A stretch of DNA of 57,125 bases, taken from the NCBI GenBank assembly GCA_035449085.1, contig DAOTKE010000002.1:1-57125 (forward strand), given 5' to 3'. How positions within the stretch are numbered: position 1 is the stretch's first letter; each line of letters starts with the position of its first letter. This document shows positions 51,922 to 57,125 of this stretch, piece after piece. The stretch comes from Kiritimatiellia bacterium (GTDB lineage Bacteria; Verrucomicrobiota; Kiritimatiellia; RFP12; UBA1067). The position numbers were made by a program, and so were the translations under genes. The notes under the pieces were generated by a model, which had not been told where the DNA came from, ran no database searches, and saw only the letters and a program-made list of their open reading frames with translations.

Positions 51922-52215
51922 TCAGTTCAAAATAAAAACCGTGCCGGTCGGGGGTGGAGGCGGCGGGGGCGGTGGCGTGTACACCCATTCCGCCTCAATG
52001 TCGTCCACCCAATAGACGGTGGTGCTCATTCCGGACGTGAGGAAAAGCTGGTTCAGGACGTCGGGGATGCCGCCGAAGAACGGCGCGGACTCGAAGTCGT
52101 CATAAAACAGGAGCTGGCCGGTGGTCCGGTTGATGACCGTGACCGCCTGCGCGCAGAGTGCCGAGCACGCGGCCGCCGCCCAGATCCCTGCCTTTACGAT
52201 TCGCTGTGTTCTCAT
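51922..52215 (-). CDS. 97-aa secreted mini-protein with poly-Pro and GT tail
   Basis: AAGGAGGTG 4 nt upstream of the ATG. Signal peptide MRTQRIVKAGIWAAAACSALCAQA. Ends PPPPPPPPPPTGTVFILN. Lies 21 nt upstream of the giant exoprotein gene. Confidence 0.65.
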   Translation of the reverse strand: MRTQRIVKAGIWAAAACSALCAQAVTVINRTTGQLLFYDDFESAPFFGGIPDVLNQLFLTSGMSTTVYWVDDIEAEWVYTPPPPPPPPPTGTVFILN

Positions 52216-52250
52216 TCACCACCTCCTTGAAGGATGGTTTGCCGATGGAC

Positions 52251-53768
52251 TCACTTTTCACGGTTCGCGGACACCGCCCCGAAACGGTAGGCGAACAGAT
52301 CCGCGTCTTTCAGTTCGATATGCAAGACAACCGGTTTCCCGGCCAGCGCCCCCACATCGAGGCCGCCTTTCCACGCGACCGGCAGCTCGATCCCGTCGCC
52401 GTAGAGCGGCACGCATTCCGCCAGCGAGAACCCCGGCAGCGGCTGACCCGCCGCGTCACGGATTTCGCAACGGAACTGGCCCGGCACTGAGGTTGAAAGA
52501 TTCACCAGCAGCGCCGTGGGCGCGCCCACGGCGGCCGTGAAGGTCATCGGCACGGTCGTGAGCGTGCCGCCTTTTTCATCCGCCTGAGCGGAGACAAAGC
52601 CGTCCAGCCGCACCGTCATGCGGCGCAGGCGGGCCGGCCCCTGCGCGTAGTAGTTTTCCGTCGAATAGAGGGAGAGTTCACGCGGCGCGCCGGGAAATTC
52701 CGGCGCGGTCTCGACCAACCCCCAGGCGATCATGTTGTTACGGTTCACCCAACGCTCGCGTTGCAGGCCGGGACGCAGAAAGGCCCGTTGCCAACGCGAG
52801 AAGTGCCGGCCATCGCGACTGCTCATGAAGACTCCATCCGAGAGCCCCGGAATGCCGCCTCCGCCGCTGGAATCCCACGGCGTGGTGCGTGACGCCACAA
52901 ACCGCTTCGGGAATCCGACATAGATCCACGGCGCGCGCGGATACGGGAGAATGGCGTTGGTGTAGAGTTCCTCAGTCGGCGTATTCTCGCCATAGGTCAG
53001 CCACTCCGGCTCGCTCCACGAGAGGAAATCTTTCGAGATGCAGGTTTTGATCGCCCGCACACCGTTCCGGGCGTTGCCCTTTTGGAAGTCGCGGAAAAAG
53101 GCGACGTAACACTGTTTGCCGGCATCCCAAAAAGCGACGTTCTGCGAATCAAAGGCACCCTTCGTGATGACCGGTTCAGGCCGCAGCCTGCGCCAGCGGA
53201 CGGCGTCGGCCGACACGAACGCGAGCAGCCCGGCCTTGGCCGAACCGTCATTCCCGAGCGCCTTGTAGCGCTGCTCCGGCGGACAGGCCGGATTATTGTC
53301 TCGGAACGGCGCGAAGTTGTGGCTGCCCAATTGATCCCACACGATGTTGTTCGCCTTCGAACCTTCGAATTCGACCAGCCCGAGTTCGGGTTTGCGCCAG
53401 ACGATGCCGTCATCGCTCTCGGCATAGCAGACCACCTCGGGATGCGTCGCTTTCTTGTCCCAGTTCGCCCCGCGGTAATACATACGGTAAAGCGGTCCGT
53501 CCTGGAACACCGTGTGGTAGCAACAGACGTTGCCTTCCCACGGCGCATCGTGAACGAGGGACACCTCGCGCTGTTTGGGCGCGTGCAGGGTCAGACGGAC
53601 ATCATTCAGGGCGGACAGCCGGTCCATGTCCCAGACCGGTTCCAGACGGTTCCCCGGCGCCGTGTCCGTCTGCGCCAACCCCGTTATGCTCAGGCACGCT
53701 ACCGCCGCACACGCCCGCGTTTGCCGCATCATCATGATACCTTTGCCTTTCTGCCTGTCCACTCTCAT
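52251..53768 (-). CDS. secreted beta-propeller glycoside-hydrolase-like protein (Asp-box containing, family unassigned)
   Basis: Signal peptide. ESDDGIVWRKP Asp-box. HDAPWEGNVCCYHTVFQD...YRMYYRG pattern. Its start overlaps the upstream stop (ATGA). Confidence 0.7.
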   Translation of the reverse strand: MRVDRQKGKGIMMMRQTRACAAVACLSITGLAQTDTAPGNRLEPVWDMDRLSALNDVRLTLHAPKQREVSLVHDAPWEGNVCCYHTVFQDGPLYRMYYRGANWDKKATHPEVVCYAESDDGIVWRKPELGLVEFEGSKANNIVWDQLGSHNFAPFRDNNPACPPEQRYKALGNDGSAKAGLLAFVSADAVRWRRLRPEPVITKGAFDSQNVAFWDAGKQCYVAFFRDFQKGNARNGVRAIKTCISKDFLSWSEPEWLTYGENTPTEELYTNAILPYPRAPWIYVGFPKRFVASRTTPWDSSGGGGIPGLSDGVFMSSRDGRHFSRWQRAFLRPGLQRERWVNRNNMIAWGLVETAPEFPGAPRELSLYSTENYYAQGPARLRRMTVRLDGFVSAQADEKGGTLTTVPMTFTAAVGAPTALLVNLSTSVPGQFRCEIRDAAGQPLPGFSLAECVPLYGDGIELPVAWKGGLDVGALAGKPVVLHIELKDADLFAYRFGAVSANREK

Positions 53769-55681
53769 TCACCCAGCCGCAGCGCATGGCCGAAGCCCAT
53801 CTGTCCCTCTTCCAGCGCGGCGGCATCGAGTCCCTTCAGCGCGCTGCGCAGACGGCTCGCCGGCACGCTGTTCGCGCAGGTCGAACCGTCCGTCAGCGCA
53901 TCGAAGTGATAAAGCGCCAGCGTGCCGGGCTCCTGCCCCGTATACGGCGCGCGCGGTGCCCCGTCAAAAGTGCGAGCCACCGTGCTGATTCGCAGCTCAT
54001 CGAGCAGCCCGCTCGCAAAACTCATCGCCGAACCGGCATAGCGGCCGATGACCAGATCCTGATCCGGATTCGACCGCAGCGGTTGATCCGGAATGGCGCG
54101 CCGCGCCTCCAGCCTGCCGTCGAGGTAAAGCCGTATCTCCCGCCGGGGCCGGTCATACACCGTCGCCACGTGCGTCCAGCGCTCTGCCGCCAGCGGAGCC
54201 CCCGAATCCACCGTGACATCCGCGCCGGCCCCGGCGCCGCTTCCGTGATGCAGATTGAGCCGGAAGCGGAACTTGCCGCCCGGCAGGATGATCCATTCCC
54301 AACCGCGTTCCAGATGATCGTTCTCGTGATTGTATTTGCTGAGGAGGCGCTGCCAGTCCTTGTAGCCGTTCCTGCCGGGCTTGACGAAGGCCTCCACCGT
54401 CATTTCGCCGCCCGAAAAATCGAGCGCGGGGTCATGCGCCAGGGCCGGCGCGGGCACCGAAGCGGGACAGCCGATCATGAAGCCCGCCAGTTTGGACTCG
54501 CGCCGCGCCCAGCGCATCTGGCGCGAGCTGAATCCGCTCTGTAGATACAGCCGCACCCCGCTCGCCTCGCACAGCGGCCCGTAGACATCCTCCACGCACG
54601 CCTGATAGGTCGGGATCGCGATCTGGTCATCTTCGCTGGAACGATACCCGATCGTGCGGTGCGGCACATACAACGGCGGGTGCAGGCCGGCCCCGGACCG
54701 TACGCCCAACACAAGCCCGTCGACCAGCCGCGCCCGCGCCAAGCCCTCCCAGTCGAGCTGAAGATTGCCATAGGGCGGCCCGAGCGCGCGGCCGCGCGGG
54801 ATACCCGTAATGATCTCCTTGCCCGGCAGCGCCGCGCGCAGCTCGCGGTAGAAGCTCACGAGATATTCCCCGCGCAACTGCCGCCATTGCTCCACCGCGG
54901 GATCGTCGGGCGCGTAGCGCGGCGATGTGAAGTCAAAGCGGGGATCGCGCAACAGGTCGATCCCCGTCCGCTGCTTGAACGCGGCGGCGACATGCGGTCC
55001 GAACCCGAACTGGTCGGCGTGCAGCGCGGGCAGCGAATGCGTGCGCGTGCAGACATAGACGCCGTCGCACGCGAAGCGGTTCACATAGTCGCGGATGCGG
55101 TCAACCATCAGGGCGCGTGCCTCGGGCCATGAAAAATCTAGCACACCGTGATGCCGGTTGCCGCGCAGATCCACCTCCTGCCATTCCGGATGCGCGATCG
55201 TAGCGCGGTCCTGCCAGGGGAACGGCTGGGTACCGCCGTAGAGCGCGTTGGTCGGCGCGCCGTGGTCGAATACCGTCATGTAGATCAGCATGCGCAGGCC
55301 GTGCTTGCGTGTCTCGCGCCGCACCACATCCAGCGGCTGGAACCGCGCCTCGATCTCATCGACTTTCTTGTAGTAGTCGCTGATGAATCCTTTAAAAGGG
55401 CGCTGCTCGTAATGCTCTTTGATATAGAGCGACGCGCCGCGCCACAAGACTGCGCCCGCGTCGTAATGACGCGCCCAGCCCGCGACGCTGCGCACGATCT
55501 TCTCTTCGGTGTCGAGTTGCGCGTCGCCCTTGGCCACCATGATCTGGTCGCCCCAACTGACATAGATCAGGTTGCCATCACGTCGTGTGCGCGGGATCCC
55601 GCCAAGATGCAACAGCGAGCATCCGGCGAGCAGAAGCGCGACGCCGGCACAACCTGCCCTCAATCCATGTTTTTGTTTCAC
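53765..55681 (-). CDS. lipoprotein: TIM-barrel glycoside-hydrolase-like domain + C-terminal LamG (concanavalin-A-like) domain
   Basis: Lipobox LLLAGCS (GTG start). The C-terminal about 200 aa is LamG-like (WTHVATVYDRPRREIRLYLDG...LDELRIS). Confidence 0.78.
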   Translation of the reverse strand: MKQKHGLRAGCAGVALLLAGCSLLHLGGIPRTRRDGNLIYVSWGDQIMVAKGDAQLDTEEKIVRSVAGWARHYDAGAVLWRGASLYIKEHYEQRPFKGFISDYYKKVDEIEARFQPLDVVRRETRKHGLRMLIYMTVFDHGAPTNALYGGTQPFPWQDRATIAHPEWQEVDLRGNRHHGVLDFSWPEARALMVDRIRDYVNRFACDGVYVCTRTHSLPALHADQFGFGPHVAAAFKQRTGIDLLRDPRFDFTSPRYAPDDPAVEQWRQLRGEYLVSFYRELRAALPGKEIITGIPRGRALGPPYGNLQLDWEGLARARLVDGLVLGVRSGAGLHPPLYVPHRTIGYRSSEDDQIAIPTYQACVEDVYGPLCEASGVRLYLQSGFSSRQMRWARRESKLAGFMIGCPASVPAPALAHDPALDFSGGEMTVEAFVKPGRNGYKDWQRLLSKYNHENDHLERGWEWIILPGGKFRFRLNLHHGSGAGAGADVTVDSGAPLAAERWTHVATVYDRPRREIRLYLDGRLEARRAIPDQPLRSNPDQDLVIGRYAGSAMSFASGLLDELRISTVARTFDGAPRAPYTGQEPGTLALYHFDALTDGSTCANSVPASRLRSALKGLDAAALEEGQMGFGHALRLGE

Positions 55682-55704
55682 CGATCACCCCATCCCGTTG
55701 CCAC

Positions 55705-56922
55705 TCACTTCGTCACCCGCCACAGCGTTCCCATCAGACCGGTCATCTCGCCCTTGTTCTCCGCCTGGTAGTAAACTGTCAGGATGCTGCCGTCCGACAG
55801 TTCGGCCGAAGCCGGATAGCCTAGGTCGCTGTTGAAATGCCCGGCCAGCTTGATCTCGTTCGCGGTGTCCCATGTGCGCCCGTGGTCGTCGCTGATGCAG
55901 GCGTACTCGCCGAAGGCGCCGAAGCGCCGCCCGTAGACCGACACCAGCTTGCCGCTGCGCAGCCGCAGCAGGTGCGGCGGCAGCCCCGCCAGCTCGGTGG
56001 GCCGCGCCGGCTGCCATGTCTGCCCACCGTCAGCGCTCTCGGATTGCCACAGCCGCACAGCCGCCCCCTGGCCCTTGCCGTGATAGCGGATCTGCGCCAC
56101 CAAGCGTCCGTCCGCCGTCTCGACGGCGTGCGGCTCGTGGAAATCGCCGGGCTTCTCGCCCGCAGGCAGCGGAATCGCGCCGATGCGCCGCCACGAGCGC
56201 GCGCCGTCGCGCGATTCGGCGACCGACACCTCGTTGGCCGCCCCGCTGAAGATCCCGAAATGTCCGGAGTAGGTGATCCCGACATAGAGCAACCGCCCGT
56301 CCTTCAAGACGATCGGCCCGTGCGGCGCGGTGCCGGGCGTGCGCACCGGCGCCTCCCAGTTTTTGCCGCCATCCGACGAGCGGATCGTGAAGTAGCCCAA
56401 GCCGTCCCGCTTGGTCTGCGCCGGGATCTTCTCGTCATGCAGCCACCAATAGAAGCGCGGCGAGCCGGGCTTCAGCTTGGCTCGGTCGCGGATGCTGGCC
56501 GTGTAGGCCAGCGAGGTGAACCACGACGCCACCAGGTCGCCGCCGGACAGTTCCACAAGGCCCGCGTCACGGTCGTCCAGCGGCGTGTTGCCGATGTTGA
56601 CCGCCGGCGACCAAGTCGCGCCACCGTCCGCGCTGCGCACCATCTGCACCTTGCCGAACGGACAGACGTGCCCGTCGCGGTCGCCCGAAAAAACCGCCAG
56701 CAGTTCGCCGTTGGCGCGGGCGCAGACCGTCGGCCAGCCGATGTACCGTCCCGGCTGCTTGCACAGCACCCGTGTCCACACGATCTCCGCGCGGGCCTGC
56801 CGCGACGGCACCCCGCGGATCTCCGCCGGCGTCTCCTGCCCATCCGCCGCCATCGCGCCGAACAGGCCACCCAGTATCACCGCCCACACGCCTTGCCAGT
56901 TTCTCACGTCGTCGCTCTCCAT
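55705..56922 (-). CDS. BNR/Asp-box sialidase-like beta-propeller
   Basis: Asp-boxes SADGGATWS, SSDGGKNWE, SRDGARSWR, SADGGQTWQ and SDDHGRTWD. Start ATG 56922 (MESDD...), with alternatives further upstream up to 56991. Confidence 0.8.
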   Translation of the reverse strand: MESDDVRNWQGVWAVILGGLFGAMAADGQETPAEIRGVPSRQARAEIVWTRVLCKQPGRYIGWPTVCARANGELLAVFSGDRDGHVCPFGKVQMVRSADGGATWSPAVNIGNTPLDDRDAGLVELSGGDLVASWFTSLAYTASIRDRAKLKPGSPRFYWWLHDEKIPAQTKRDGLGYFTIRSSDGGKNWEAPVRTPGTAPHGPIVLKDGRLLYVGITYSGHFGIFSGAANEVSVAESRDGARSWRRIGAIPLPAGEKPGDFHEPHAVETADGRLVAQIRYHGKGQGAAVRLWQSESADGGQTWQPARPTELAGLPPHLLRLRSGKLVSVYGRRFGAFGEYACISDDHGRTWDTANEIKLAGHFNSDLGYPASAELSDGSILTVYYQAENKGEMTGLMGTLWRVTK

Positions 56923-57125
56923 ACACACATACCATCCGCCCCCTCCGCCCCGGTACATTCGGAGCGTCCAGCATGGATCACCTAGTCCCATTCATAACCG
57001 TAGCGTACCATACCCGCGATGAGAGAAAAGCAGTGAAAATAGAAATGCAATTTCATTGCATTGTTGAATTGGCAGGGCGTTTTTATTTGAACGGTTTTTG
57101 TGCGGTGAGGGATCGCATGGCGTAC

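Noticed and set aside
1-57125. tRNA, rRNA or tmRNA genes in the intergenic gaps (4566-4626, 5116-5283, 12482-12647, 16191-16456, 18363-18571, 20886-21119, 31625-31891, 56923-57125)
   Set aside because: I recognised no cloverleaf-compatible segment and no conserved T-loop (GTTCRANYC) context by eye. This is not an exhaustive computational scan, so small RNAs cannot be excluded.

Overview
High-GC bacterial chromosomal segment. It most likely comes from a PVC-superphylum organism (Kiritimatiellota, Lentisphaerota or Verrucomicrobiota-like). That guess rests on the giant 'autotransporter-associated beta-strand repeat' exoproteins and the density of Gfo/Idh/MocA, BNR/Asp-box, LamG/DUF1080 and discoidin genes. 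I recognised no rRNA, tRNA or CRISPR array.

Layout:
(1) 0-18.4 kb is mostly housekeeping. It holds GH29 fucosidase, Lrp/AsnC plus an aminotransferase, a NusG paralog, bamA-skp-lpxD, ung, a stand-alone fusA, a 1180-aa beta-strand-repeat exoprotein, a family-4 UDG and galE.
(2) 18.5-23.0 kb is a small, visibly lower-GC accessory islet. It holds a truncated hemerythrin/RIC-like ORF, a translationally coupled AAA-ATPase + RloB/Toprim-like pair (AbiL/PARIS-like candidate defence module), three orphan small ORFs and an internally deleted IS30 transposase remnant.
(3) 23.0-31.6 kb is a minus-strand operon. It encodes a divergent glycyl radical enzyme (Cys loop GCNW, lacking the usual Glu), its activase, a NupG-type MFS transporter and three Gfo/Idh/MocA oxidoreductases (one Tat-exported, GH109-like). 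A PAS-AraC regulator is transcribed divergently from it.
(4) 31.9-57.0 kb is a roughly 25-kb unidirectional minus-strand glycan/ulosonic-acid utilisation array. It encodes AKR, SDR, Gfo/Idh/MocA, a NanM-like mutarotase fused to an SSS transporter, an HpcH-family aldolase, three BNR/sialidase-like propellers (one fused to DUF1080), two TIM-barrel-like proteins with discoidin or LamG domains, a 995-aa and a 1499-aa modular exoprotein, and a 97-aa mini-protein.

Structure not explained by the genes:
- A perfect 158-bp direct repeat lies in front of two genes. It carries a long hairpin that is better paired on the sense (minus) RNA.
- A family of C-rich heptad tandem repeats sits at cistron junctions.
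- Four secreted proteins share a short C-terminal G-T-hydrophobic tail, twice preceded by poly-Pro.

All functional calls come from motif recognition by eye. No database search was run.
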